Origin: Candidatus Eremiobacteria bacterium
GTDB taxonomy: Bacteria > Vulcanimicrobiota > Vulcanimicrobiia > Vulcanimicrobiales > Vulcanimicrobiaceae
NCBI GenBank assembly: GCA_963737065.1
Contig: CAVTRC010000002.1
Span: forward strand, 96,001 to 160,000
Reading direction: 5' to 3'
Length of the DNA stretch: 64,000 bases
Position 1 is the first letter of the stretch. Each line of letters starts with the position of its first letter. The notes beneath the pieces are model-generated. The model had not been told where the DNA came from, did no database searches, and saw nothing but the letters and a program-made list of their open reading frames with translations. The position numbers were made by a program, and so were the translations under genes. Shown here piece by piece: positions 47,605 through 56,148 of the stretch.

Positions 47605-48812
47605 AGATTGCGTTCGTATCCGAACACGCGAGCCCGCTCGCCGTCCTCGGCGGCGTGGACGCCGGCGGACAAAACGTACACGTCGCCGCGCTCGCCGAAG
47701 CGCTGGCGCGCGGCGGGGATGAAGTCCGCGTGTATACGCGCCGCGACGATCCGCGGCTTCCCGCCACGGTTCCGTTCTGCACGGGCGTTCTCGTCGATCA
47801 TATCGACGCCGGGCCGCCGGAATCGATCGAGAAAGATCATTTGCTGCACTACATGCCGGCATTCGCGCGCGAAGTGGAACGCCGCTGGAGCGAATGGCGC
47901 CCGGATATTATTCACGCGCATTTTTGGATGTCGGGACTCGCGTCACTCGATGCTGCGTCGTCACTCGATCTTCCGGTCGTGCAAACGTATCATGCGCTCG
48001 GGATTGAAAAGAAACGTCACCAAGGCGTAAAGGATACGAGTCCGCAACAGCGGCTCGAACTCGAAGCGCACATCGCGCGGTCTGCAACGCACATCGTCGC
48101 CACATCAACGGCGGAAGCGTTCGAACTCGTCCGCATGGGCGCGAACCGCAATGATATCACGGTCGTCCCCTGCGGCGTCGATCTTTCCCAATTCGCGGCC
48201 CTCGGACCGAGCGAAGCGCGCGATCGTCACAGGCAACGCATCGTTTGTTTGAGCCGGCTGGTGGAACGAAAAGGAATCGCCGATGTCATCACCGCGCTGA
48301 AATTGCTGCCGAACACGGAATTGGTCATCGCCGGCGGACCGGACCGTGCATCGTTGTGGGAAGATGCCGAAGCCTTGCGATTGCGCGAGATTGCCCGCAA
48401 TCTCGGCGTAGAAGATCGGATCGAGTTTCGCGGACGGGTGGAGCGAACGGGCGTTGCGCGTCTGCTTCGTTCTGCGGATCTCGTCGTCTGTTACCCGTGG
48501 TATGAACCGTTCGGGATCGTGCCGCTCGAAGCAATGGCATGCGGTGTTCCGGTCGTCGTCTCGTCGGTCGGCGGCCTCGTCGACAGTGTGGTGGACGGCG
48601 TTACCGGCGTGCACGTTGAACCGCGCTCCCCGATCGCGCTCGCGCAAGCGATGCGATCGCTGCTGCAAAGCGAGCGCTTACGTTTGACTCTCGGAATCGC
48701 AGGCGCCCGCCGCGTGAACGAGCGCTACGGTTGGCCGCGTATCGCATCCGATACCAAGGCGGTGTATGCCCGAGTCATGACGGAAAAGGGCTTCGCCGCG
48801 CAAGCATCGTGA
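47601..48812 (+). CDS. Glycosyltransferase family 4 (MshA-like)
   Basis: HASPLA..GGVDAGGQNVHV, HAHFWMSG, RLVERKG, EPFGIVPLEAMACG. Confidence 0.9.
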   Translation: MKIAFVSEHASPLAVLGGVDAGGQNVHVAALAEALARGGDEVRVYTRRDDPRLPATVPFCTGVLVDHIDAGPPESIEKDHLLHYMPAFAREVERRWSEWRPDIIHAHFWMSGLASLDAASSLDLPVVQTYHALGIEKKRHQGVKDTSPQQRLELEAHIARSATHIVATSTAEAFELVRMGANRNDITVVPCGVDLSQFAALGPSEARDRHRQRIVCLSRLVERKGIADVITALKLLPNTELVIAGGPDRASLWEDAEALRLREIARNLGVEDRIEFRGRVERTGVARLLRSADLVVCYPWYEPFGIVPLEAMACGVPVVVSSVGGLVDSVVDGVTGVHVEPRSPIALAQAMRSLLQSERLRLTLGIAGARRVNERYGWPRIASDTKAVYARVMTEKGFAAQAS

Positions 48813-49774
48813 GGTCTGCGATTACAACGAGGCGTCCACGCCTCGTGATCCTGCGCGCCCTCGGGCTCGGCGATTTTCTCACCGCCGTTCCGGCGTACCG
48901 CGCGCTCGCCCGCGCGTTTCCCGGGCACTATCGGGTTCTCGCCGCACCGGTTGCGCTGGCTCCGCTGGCCGAGATCTGCGGTGATATCGATGAGATAGTG
49001 GACACGGCACCACTCGGCGCGCTCGATCCTGCGTTACACGGCGCGGATATCGCGGTCAATCTACATGGACGCGGACCGCAGAGTCACCGCGTGTTGCTCG
49101 AAACCGAACCGCGCCGTCTTATCGCATTCCGCAACCACGAGGTCGGCCTTCCGGACGACGCTCCGCAATTCTACGACGACGAACATGAGGTGCAGCGTTG
49201 GTGCCGGATGTTGCGGGAGTCCGGCGTCCCGGCAGATGCACGCGACCTCGACCTTCATCCCGCGCCGTATTGCGGACCGCACAGCGGCGCGGTGGTTCTG
49301 CACCCCGGCGCATCGAGCGAATCGCGCCGCTGGCCGATCGCGCGATGGATCGACCTCGCGTCGCAGTTGCAGCGCGACGGATACCGGGTGATTTTCACCG
49401 GAACGAAAAGCGAGTTCCGGCGTTGCCGCGTCATCGCGCGCAATGCGGGCATCGACATCGATCGGATTCTCGCGGGAAAAACGACGCTCGCGGATCTCGC
49501 GTCGTTCGTTGCGGCGGCGCGCGCGGTCGTGTGCGGCGATACCGGAATCGCACATCTCGCAACGGCGTTAGGAACGCCGTCGGTCGTCCTCTTCGGCCCG
49601 ATCAGTCCGGCGAAATGGGGACCGCCCGCCGAGCGCGCGCAACATCGCGTGCTGTGGCGAGGCAAACCGGGCGATCCGCATGCTTGCGTCGTCGACCCCG
49701 GCCTCGCGTCCATTACCGTTCGTGAAGTCCGCGGCGAACTCGCCGCGCTGCTCGACACGCCGCGCGCGGGATGA
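48809..49774 (+). CDS. Glycosyltransferase family 9
   Basis: LRALGLGDFL, HEVQR, LHPGA, GDTGIAHLATALGTPSVVLFGP. Confidence 0.88.
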   Translation: MRSAITTRRPRLVILRALGLGDFLTAVPAYRALARAFPGHYRVLAAPVALAPLAEICGDIDEIVDTAPLGALDPALHGADIAVNLHGRGPQSHRVLLETEPRRLIAFRNHEVGLPDDAPQFYDDEHEVQRWCRMLRESGVPADARDLDLHPAPYCGPHSGAVVLHPGASSESRRWPIARWIDLASQLQRDGYRVIFTGTKSEFRRCRVIARNAGIDIDRILAGKTTLADLASFVAAARAVVCGDTGIAHLATALGTPSVVLFGPISPAKWGPPAERAQHRVLWRGKPGDPHACVVDPGLASITVREVRGELAALLDTPRAG

Positions 49775-49777
49775 CCG

Positions 49778-50359
49778 ATGCGCGCAGAAAGCGTTGACCC
49801 GAAGTATTTCATCGAACTGTACCGACGCGAAAGCGATCCGTGGAAGTTCGCCACGAGCGCGTACGAACGCGACAAGTACGCGGTGTCGCTCGCGGTTCTC
49901 CGGCCGCGCTACCATCGCGCGCTGGAAATTGCGTGTTCGGTCGGCGTTTTTACACGCCGCCTCGCGCGCCGATGTGAACGCCTGCTCGGTATCGATCCTT
50001 CGCCTGACGCGATCGAATCCGCGCGCAGGCGATGCGCACATTTGCGCAACGTCGAGATGCGATGCGGCGCCGTTCCGGACGATTTTCCGGCAGGTTCGTT
50101 TGATCTGATAACGCTGTGCGAGGTCGGATTCTATCTCGCGCGCGACGATCTCATCGAAACGCGCGAGCGCATCGTCGCGTCATTACCAGTCGGCGGCGAG
50201 ACGCTGCTCGTTCATTGGACGCCTCCCGTGAAGGGTCATGCGCTCACGGCGGCGGAGGTGCACGATGCGTTCGCGCGACATCCGCAATTGCATGTGCTCG
50301 CGCATCGCGACGCGCCGACGTACGTCCTGGATTTATTCCGAAAAGTCGAGGGTACGTAG
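49778..50359 (+). CDS. NodS-like SAM-dependent methyltransferase
   Basis: DPWKF..SAYERDKY, LEIACSVG, FDLI..EVGFYL, HW. Confidence 0.85.
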   Translation: MRAESVDPKYFIELYRRESDPWKFATSAYERDKYAVSLAVLRPRYHRALEIACSVGVFTRRLARRCERLLGIDPSPDAIESARRRCAHLRNVEMRCGAVPDDFPAGSFDLITLCEVGFYLARDDLIETRERIVASLPVGGETLLVHWTPPVKGHALTAAEVHDAFARHPQLHVLAHRDAPTYVLDLFRKVEGT

Positions 50360-50391
50360 TCGGCAGGGTACTTCGACTAAGGAGGTTTGCT

Positions 50392-51264
50392 TTGGCAACG
50401 GCACGCCAGACGACCGATCACGAGGAAATCCGTGAATGGGTCGAACGCACGGGCGGGAGACCAGCAGAAGTCGAGGGTACGGGCGGCATGCTTCGTATCG
50501 ATTTCGGCGATCAAGACGAACGTTTAGAACCAATCGATTGGGACCGCTTCTTCGAGGTTTTCGACGAAAGCGGGCTCGGCTTTTTATACGATCCCGCCGG
50601 CCGGATGAACAAGTTCATTCAAGCCCGTCACGACAAACGCGGAATCGGCAAAACGGATCCGGATGAACGCGACGAGCAACGCGCCGCGTCGCGCGGACGC
50701 TCAGGATCCCGAAAAAAGTCCTCGTCTCGAAAGAAAAGTACGGACGGCGGCAGCAAGACCAAGAAGACCGAATCATCGCGTAAGAAGAGCGAATCATCGC
50801 GCAAGAAGACGTCGGGACGCAAACAGGCATCGTCACGCAAGAAAACGTCCTCTAGGAAAAAGAGTTCAGAGCGCAAGTCCAGCGGCGGCCGCAAAAAGAC
50901 TTCGGAGCGCAAGTCCAGCGGCAGCCGCAAAAAGAGTTCGGAGCGCAAGTCCAGCGGCAGCCGAAAAAAAAGTTCGGAGCGCAAATCGAGCGGCAGCCGC
51001 AAAAAGAGTTCGTCCCGGAAAAAGAGTTCATCGAAGAAGTCCGGTGGATCGAAGAAGAGCAACGGCCGTAAGTACTCGCGTAAATCCGGCAAGAAAGTCG
51101 AACGCGCGATGCATGAGATGAAGCGCGGAAAATTGCGTTCCGGGAAGCGCGGTCCGAAAGTAAAAAACCCCAAACAGGCGATTGCGATCGGTCTTTCCGA
51201 AGCGCGTCGCGAGGGAGATCGTGTACCGCGACGCCGAAAAGGCGGCCGCCGCAAGAAGCGGTAA
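50392..51264 (+). CDS. Fusion protein: acidic N-terminal domain, Lys/Ser/Arg-rich histone-H1-like linker, DUF6496-like C-terminal domain
   Basis: GGAGG RBS then TTG; TTDHEEIREWVE..GGRPA; repeated SSRKK; KVERAMHEMKRGKLRSG..KVKNPKQAIAIGLSEAR. Confidence 0.8.
   Translation: MATARQTTDHEEIREWVERTGGRPAEVEGTGGMLRIDFGDQDERLEPIDWDRFFEVFDESGLGFLYDPAGRMNKFIQARHDKRGIGKTDPDERDEQRAASRGRSGSRKKSSSRKKSTDGGSKTKKTESSRKKSESSRKKTSGRKQASSRKKTSSRKKSSERKSSGGRKKTSERKSSGSRKKSSERKSSGSRKKSSERKSSGSRKKSSSRKKSSSKKSGGSKKSNGRKYSRKSGKKVERAMHEMKRGKLRSGKRGPKVKNPKQAIAIGLSEARREGDRVPRRRKGGRRKKR
50869..51012 (+). repeat. Coding tandem repeat, 4 x 36 bp (ERKSSG[G/S]RKK[T/S]S)
   Basis: GAGCGCAA units at 50869, 50905, 50941 and 50977. 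Confidence 0.9.
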
Positions 51265-51645
51265 CGGGTACCGTGCCGGCCGTTCGCGCGTGCGCACGGC
51301 CGGCGGTATCGGCGTGAAGCGGTCGCGCGCGATGCATCGGTCGTTCGACCGCTATTGGATCGCATGTATTTTTCGCGCGTGCATCTGGGGAAGTACATGA
51401 TGGCCGAGTTACGGTCCGCGTTTACCTTCGATCGATCATGACGCGCGCTCAAGCTGCTCGATGAAGTCTGCTGCCTGACGCAGGTAAACTGCCCGGGGAT
51501 GAAGACATCGCGCGCGTGATTTCCGTTCCGGGACGCAATGCTTCGCGCCTCGTCGACGATTTCAAGCATGGCGAGCGCGGCGTGATCCGTCCGTCCCCGG
51601 CATGACGCGTACGCGGCGCGGCGAATGAGCGGTGAGCGTTGCTGC

Positions 51646-51719
51646 GCGCTCGTAGCTCAATTGGATAGAGCAAGGCACTCCTAAGGCCGAGGTTGGCGGT
51701 TCGATTCCGCCCGAGCGCA
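51646..51719 (+). tRNA. tRNA-Arg(CCT) with a weak anticodon stem
   Basis: GCGCTCG/CGAGCGC, D arm GCTC-AATTGGATA-GAGC, loop CTCCTAA, T arm GGCGG-TTCGATT-CCGCC. Confidence 0.85.
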
Positions 51720-51960
51720 CGACGTTCCGGGCGTCTCTTTGGGAGCGGTGCCGTTACCTCGGCGACTCGGCTTGGTCGCGCTGCTGCCCTTCCCGCCCCG
51801 CTTCACGTCCGCGAGGCACGACCACAAGCTCGTTTTAAGCGCGCGCCCTTCTGGAATGAAGGGGTGGCGATGTGGCGCAGGCGCTAGCGGGCTTTCGGCC
51901 CATTGAGGGCGTTCTTTAGAATGTCGCCTGGCCGTCATTGCGGCGGGGTACGATGTCGGT

Positions 51961-53262
51961 GTGGACGCGAGGGTTACCATCGGCACGGCTGAGGGGCGCT
52001 ATGGTATTTCTTCCGAGTTGCTGGCGGAGCTATGCGACCGGACGCCTGATGCGATATGTGTCATCGAACGGGGCACAAGTGCGGCGAACTTCGTTTTCCG
52101 CTATTTGAACCGCGCCTTCGAAACAATGTATGGATGCCGGCGCGACGTGACGCTCGGCTCTTCCGTCGATGCATTCATGCACGAGCGCAGCAGCGTCGAG
52201 GATCGTGAACGTGTGAATGACGCGTTGGAACGCAACGAAGCGTTTCGGATTCGTCGCGGATTTGCGCGCACCGACGGAACATTTATCTGGATCGAAGCGA
52301 ATTTTTCGCCGATTCCCTGGGACGGTGGCCAGCGTTGGATGTTCATCACGCGGGATGCGACGCGCGAAAAGCGCGCGCACGAACGGATGGTACAACTCAC
52401 GACCGCGGTTGAACACGGCTACGATCCCGTTGCGATCAGTACTGCTTCGAATCGTACGTGGCTGTTCGGATACGTGAATGACGCGTTTACGCGAACGACC
52501 GGATATTTACATGACGAAGTGCTCGGCACATCGTGGAATACGATTCTCGGCGACGATCGCGATGGGCCTCGTCTTGAAACGATCCGCGCGGCCCTGTATG
52601 CGGGTCAGCCGGTACGCACGGAACTTTCGTATCGGCGTAAAGACGGGCGCCATGGGATGTTCGAAGTTCACTTACAACCGATCCAAGAACACTCGAGCCG
52701 TGAATATACGTCGGTGGTCTCCGTTTTCCGCGATATCACCGACGCGCGTCAACGTGAAGCCAAATTGCTGTACGAGGCGGAGCACGACTTACTGACCGAG
52801 CTCTTCAATCGCCGTTATTTCGAGCGCGGACTCGAAACGGCGATCTCGATGACGAGGAAGTCGGCGATGCATGCCTTGCTCTTTGCGGATCTCGACGGAT
52901 TCAAAGAGGTCAACGACCGTCTGGGTCACGAGATCGGCGACGAAGTCCTACGCGCCGCTGCGCGCACCTTTGACTCTGCCGTCTTCCGGACCGATGTGCT
53001 CGCGCGGTGGGGAGGCGACGAGTTTGCGGCGTTGCTCTACCACTGTTCGCTCGAAAATGCGGTCCGTACGGCGAAGGACATGGCGGCGGCCTTTACCGCC
53101 TCGCCCGACCGGCGCGGTACGACGGTCAGCATCGGTATCGTGGCGATCCGTCCCGCGGAGAGCGTCGCCGATCTGATCCGCCGGGCCGACCGGATGTGCT
53201 ATAAGGCAAAAGCGGCCGGCCGTAACCGGGTGCTTGCCGAGACGGACGAACAGCAGCCGTAG
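51961..53262 (+). CDS. PAS-PAS-GGDEF diguanylate cyclase
   Basis: Two PAS motifs (YLNRAFETMYG, YVNDAFTRTTGY), HDLLTELFNRR, DLDGFKEVND, RWGGDEF. Confidence 0.93.
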   Translation: MDARVTIGTAEGRYGISSELLAELCDRTPDAICVIERGTSAANFVFRYLNRAFETMYGCRRDVTLGSSVDAFMHERSSVEDRERVNDALERNEAFRIRRGFARTDGTFIWIEANFSPIPWDGGQRWMFITRDATREKRAHERMVQLTTAVEHGYDPVAISTASNRTWLFGYVNDAFTRTTGYLHDEVLGTSWNTILGDDRDGPRLETIRAALYAGQPVRTELSYRRKDGRHGMFEVHLQPIQEHSSREYTSVVSVFRDITDARQREAKLLYEAEHDLLTELFNRRYFERGLETAISMTRKSAMHALLFADLDGFKEVNDRLGHEIGDEVLRAAARTFDSAVFRTDVLARWGGDEFAALLYHCSLENAVRTAKDMAAAFTASPDRRGTTVSIGIVAIRPAESVADLIRRADRMCYKAKAAGRNRVLAETDEQQP

Positions 53263-53273
53263 CCGAGAGCAGC

Positions 53274-53303
53274 TTGCGAGGGGAGCCGGGCGTGTGGTAC
53301 AGT
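53274..53303 (+). promoter_or_regulatory. Probable sigma70 promoter of the rpmG operon
   Basis: TTGCGA-N18-TACAGT with TG extension. Confidence 0.5.
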
Positions 53304-53355
53304 CTGTTGGTTGAACGCCTCGTCGGGGCGTTTATTTCATGTGTGGTAGACTGAG

Positions 53356-53520
53356 ATGGCAAAAAAAGAGAATCGTGTGATGGTAGTCATGGCTTGCAGT
53401 GAATGCAAGCGCCGCAACTACAACACGCAAAAGAACAAACAAAAAACGACGGCCCGGCTAGAGCTGAGCAAATACTGCCGCTTCTGCCGCTGCCACCGCA
53501 ACCACCGCGAAACGAAGTAG
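53356..53520 (+). CDS. rpmG: 50S ribosomal protein L33 (too short for the ORF track)
   Basis: [54 protein letters not shown]. Confidence 0.96.
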   Translation: MAKKENRVMVVMACSECKRRNYNTQKNKQKTTARLELSKYCRFCRCHRNHRETK

Positions 53521-53540
53521 CTTTTTCAAGCCCGGCGTAC

Positions 53541-53616
53541 AGGGCGGTAGCTCAATTGGTAGAGTAGCGGTCTCCAAAATCGCCGGTTGCAGGTTCGAGT
53601 CCTGTCCGCCCTGCCA
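53541..53616 (+). tRNA. tRNA-Trp(CCA)
   Basis: AGGGCGG/CCGCCCT, GCGGT-CTCCAAA-ATCGC, GCCA end. Confidence 0.96.
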
Positions 53617-53642
53617 GAATTTTCCCCGGGAGTTGACGTTTG

Positions 53643-53885
53643 GTGAACGAGCAGAAGAAGTCGATCGGTCGAGGCGCAGCCACGGCTGCCGGACAACCCG
53701 CCGGCGGAGATTTCGTGCGCGGCGTGATCACAGAACTGCGTCGCGTCACCTGGCCGACGCGTGATGAATGGGTTTCCGCCACGCTGCTCACGATCGGATT
53801 GGTGGTCGGCATCGGGCTTTTTACGTACCTGCTAGATCTGGCGTTCGGCGCGCTGTTCCAATTCATCCATCCCGTCAACCTCTGA
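53643..53885 (+). CDS. secE: Preprotein translocase subunit SecE
   Basis: ELRRVTWPTRDE plus a TM helix; lies between tRNA-Trp and nusG. Confidence 0.93.
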   Translation: MNEQKKSIGRGAATAAGQPAGGDFVRGVITELRRVTWPTRDEWVSATLLTIGLVVGIGLFTYLLDLAFGALFQFIHPVNL

Positions 53886-53902
53886 GACGATGACCTAAGA
53901 CG

Positions 53903-54622
53903 ATGACCGAATTCGAACGCGAATACGACGGCACGGCCGTCGACGTCGAAACCGACGGCACGGCCGTCGACGTCGAAACTGACGAAGAAGTCGTAACGCA
54001 AGACCCCGGCGACGGCACCGCCGGCGTCTTTGATGTGCGCGATGAAGCGCCCGAAGAAGTCGCCGAACGGCCCGCGTCCACGAAGAAGGACAACCGCAAC
54101 TGGTTCGTGATCCACACGTATTCCGGTTACGAGAACAAAGTCAAAGCGAATCTCGAACGCCGCATTCACTCGATGGGCATGCAGGACAAAATTTTCCGCG
54201 TGCTCGTTCCGATGGAGGACGAAGTCGAGTTCAAAGACGGCAAGCGTAAAATCACCCCCAAGAAAGTCTTCCCGGGCTACGTGCTCGTCGAGATGATCAT
54301 GGACGACCAGTCGTGGTACGTCGTCCGCAACACGCAAGGTGTGACCGGCTTCGTCGGCAGTCCGGGACCGGGTGAAAAGCCGGTTCCGCTGCAAGAAAAA
54401 GAAGTGAAGACGATCCTCAAGCAGATGGGCATAGAGGCGCCGAAGCTCAAGATCGACTTCAAGAAGGGCGATCGCGTAAAGGTCACGTCGGGTCCGTTCT
54501 TCGATTTCACCGGCGTCGTCGACGAAATTCAACCCGAAAAAGAACGCCTGCGCGCGCTCATCTCGATCTTCGGCCGCGAAACTCCGGTCGAGCTTGAGTT
54601 CTTCCAGGTCGAAAAGGTATGA
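53903..54622 (+). CDS. nusG: Transcription termination/antitermination factor NusG with acidic N-terminal extension
   Basis: WFVIHTYSGYENKVK, FPGYVLVEM, GVTGFVG, KOW motif, IFGRETPVEL. Confidence 0.97.
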   Translation: MTEFEREYDGTAVDVETDGTAVDVETDEEVVTQDPGDGTAGVFDVRDEAPEEVAERPASTKKDNRNWFVIHTYSGYENKVKANLERRIHSMGMQDKIFRVLVPMEDEVEFKDGKRKITPKKVFPGYVLVEMIMDDQSWYVVRNTQGVTGFVGSPGPGEKPVPLQEKEVKTILKQMGIEAPKLKIDFKKGDRVKVTSGPFFDFTGVVDEIQPEKERLRALISIFGRETPVELEFFQVEKV

Positions 54623-54629
54623 AGCGTTT

Positions 54630-54715
54630 GCATTTCCGTCCCTGGTGTCGTTGAGCCGGGGATCGCGTACCATAGTACGCTTCACCCCGTCTCGCCTAAC
54701 CAGGAACGAAAATGC
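54630..54715. repeat. Single diverged copy of the structured element arrayed after rplL
   Basis: Shares TTCCG..CCCTGGTGTCGT.GAG...ATCG...CTTCA.CC...CTC.CCTAACCAGGA..GAAA with the 106-bp unit. Confidence 0.85.
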
Positions 54716-54832
54716 TGCATGCTGCGCTGCGAGTCGATGGCGCCATAAGTGAAACTTTCTCACGGGAGAGACCCCGGCTCGTGAGATTGCTGAGGGGCAG
54801 AGCGCCGTAGGGCGACTCGTTAAGGAGAGAAC

Positions 54833-55258
54833 ATGGCGAAGAAAGTTGTAGGCAAGATCGGCCTGCAAATTCCGGCCGGCAAGGCAACGCCTGCGCCGCC
54901 GATCGGTCCGGCACTCGGTCCGTATTCATTGAATATCATGGATTTCTGCAGGCAGTACAACGAACGCACTGCGTCGCAGGCGGGCATGATCATTCCGGTC
55001 GAGATTACCGTCTATGAAGACCGCACGTTCACATTCATCACGAAGACGCCGCCGGCGTCCTTTCTGATCAAACAGGCGCTGAAGATCGACGCCGGTTCGA
55101 AGGAGCCGAACCGCAATAAAGTCGGTAAATTGACGAACGCGCAACTCGAAGAGATCGCGAAAGTGAAGATGCCCGACATCAACGCGAACGACATCGATGC
55201 AGCGAAGAAGATCATTGCCGGAACAGCGCGCTCGATGGGCGTGGAGGTCGAAGCGTAA
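54833..55258 (+). CDS. rplK: 50S ribosomal protein L11
   Basis: [34 protein letters not shown]. Confidence 0.98.
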   Translation: MAKKVVGKIGLQIPAGKATPAPPIGPALGPYSLNIMDFCRQYNERTASQAGMIIPVEITVYEDRTFTFITKTPPASFLIKQALKIDAGSKEPNRNKVGKLTNAQLEEIAKVKMPDINANDIDAAKKIIAGTARSMGVEVEA

Positions 55259-55959
55259 TGCCGCAACATCACGGGAAGCGCTACAAGAACCTCGTCGCCA
55301 ACTACGATAAGAAGGCGCTGTACACACCGGCCGAAGCGATCGACCTCGTGAAGAAAAACGCGAATGCGAAATTTAACGAGACGGTCGAAGTGCACGTGCG
55401 TCTCGGTGTGGATCCGAAGAAGAGCGATCAGAACGTTCGCGGTACCGTCCTGCTGCCGCACGGCACCGGACGTACGGTCCGCGTGATCGCGTTCGCCAAA
55501 GGAGACAATGCGAAGGCGGCGCAAGAAGCGGGGGCCGATCTGGTCGGCGACCAGGATCTCATCGATCGGCTCAAGGGCGGCTTCACCGAGTTCGACGTCG
55601 CCGTCGCGACCCCGGACATGATGGCGCAGGTCGGTAAGGAACTCGGACGCATTCTCGCGCAAAAGATGCCGAACCCCAAGGCGGGCACGGTTTCGCCGAA
55701 TATCGCCGGCGCAATTCGCGACATCAAGGCCGGTAAGGTGGAGTACCGCCTCGACAAGACCGGTATCATTCACACGATCGTTGGGAAATCCCAGTTCGAT
55801 GCGGATCATCTGCTCGAGAACTTGACGACGCTGCTTGATGCGATCGTCCGCGCAAAGCCGGCGGCTGCGAAGGGGACCTACCTGCGCAGCGTGGCGCTCA
55901 CGAGCACCATGGGACCGGGCGTGAAAGTCGACCCCAATCGCATCCGCGCGACGGTATAG
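55258..55959 (+). CDS. rplA: 50S ribosomal protein L1
   Basis: [42 protein letters not shown]. Confidence 0.98.
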   Translation: MPQHHGKRYKNLVANYDKKALYTPAEAIDLVKKNANAKFNETVEVHVRLGVDPKKSDQNVRGTVLLPHGTGRTVRVIAFAKGDNAKAAQEAGADLVGDQDLIDRLKGGFTEFDVAVATPDMMAQVGKELGRILAQKMPNPKAGTVSPNIAGAIRDIKAGKVEYRLDKTGIIHTIVGKSQFDADHLLENLTTLLDAIVRAKPAAAKGTYLRSVALTSTMGPGVKVDPNRIRATV

Positions 55960-55981
55960 ACCGAAGATCATCTGAAGCAGC

Positions 55982-56008
55982 AGGGCCCGGTTCAATGAAC
56001 CGGGCCCT
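55982..56008. terminator. Strong hairpin between rplA and the convergent carbonic anhydrase gene
   Basis: AGGGCCCGGTTCA-a-TGAACCGGGCCCT; no clear U tract. Confidence 0.55.
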
Positions 56009-56148
56009 CATGTTATGCCGGCCGTACGCCGCGACGGCCGCACGTTTTGTCCTTCGCGCGCCGAAGTGATTCGTCGTGGTTCGCAATCCTTACCCGGAAG
56101 ATCACACATGTTGCGCGCATTCGGTCCATTCGCAACATGGACGTCCAA

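Noticed and set aside
51265..51640. Gene or pseudogene between the basic protein and tRNA-Arg
   Set aside because: Only short broken frames with no recognisable homology.
29848..53262. Prophage or integrative element between tRNA-Thr and tRNA-Arg/rpmG
   Set aside because: No integrase, transposase, phage gene or duplicated tRNA end was found by eye.
54745..54800. Hammerhead ribozyme (GAAAC and CTGAGG present)
   Set aside because: No CTGAnGA core and the three required stems cannot be formed.
53552..54868. Long antisense ORFs (e.g. 53552-54868, 19813-20976, 22286-23584, 50628-51569)
   Set aside because: Shadow frames of well-supported genes in high-GC DNA.
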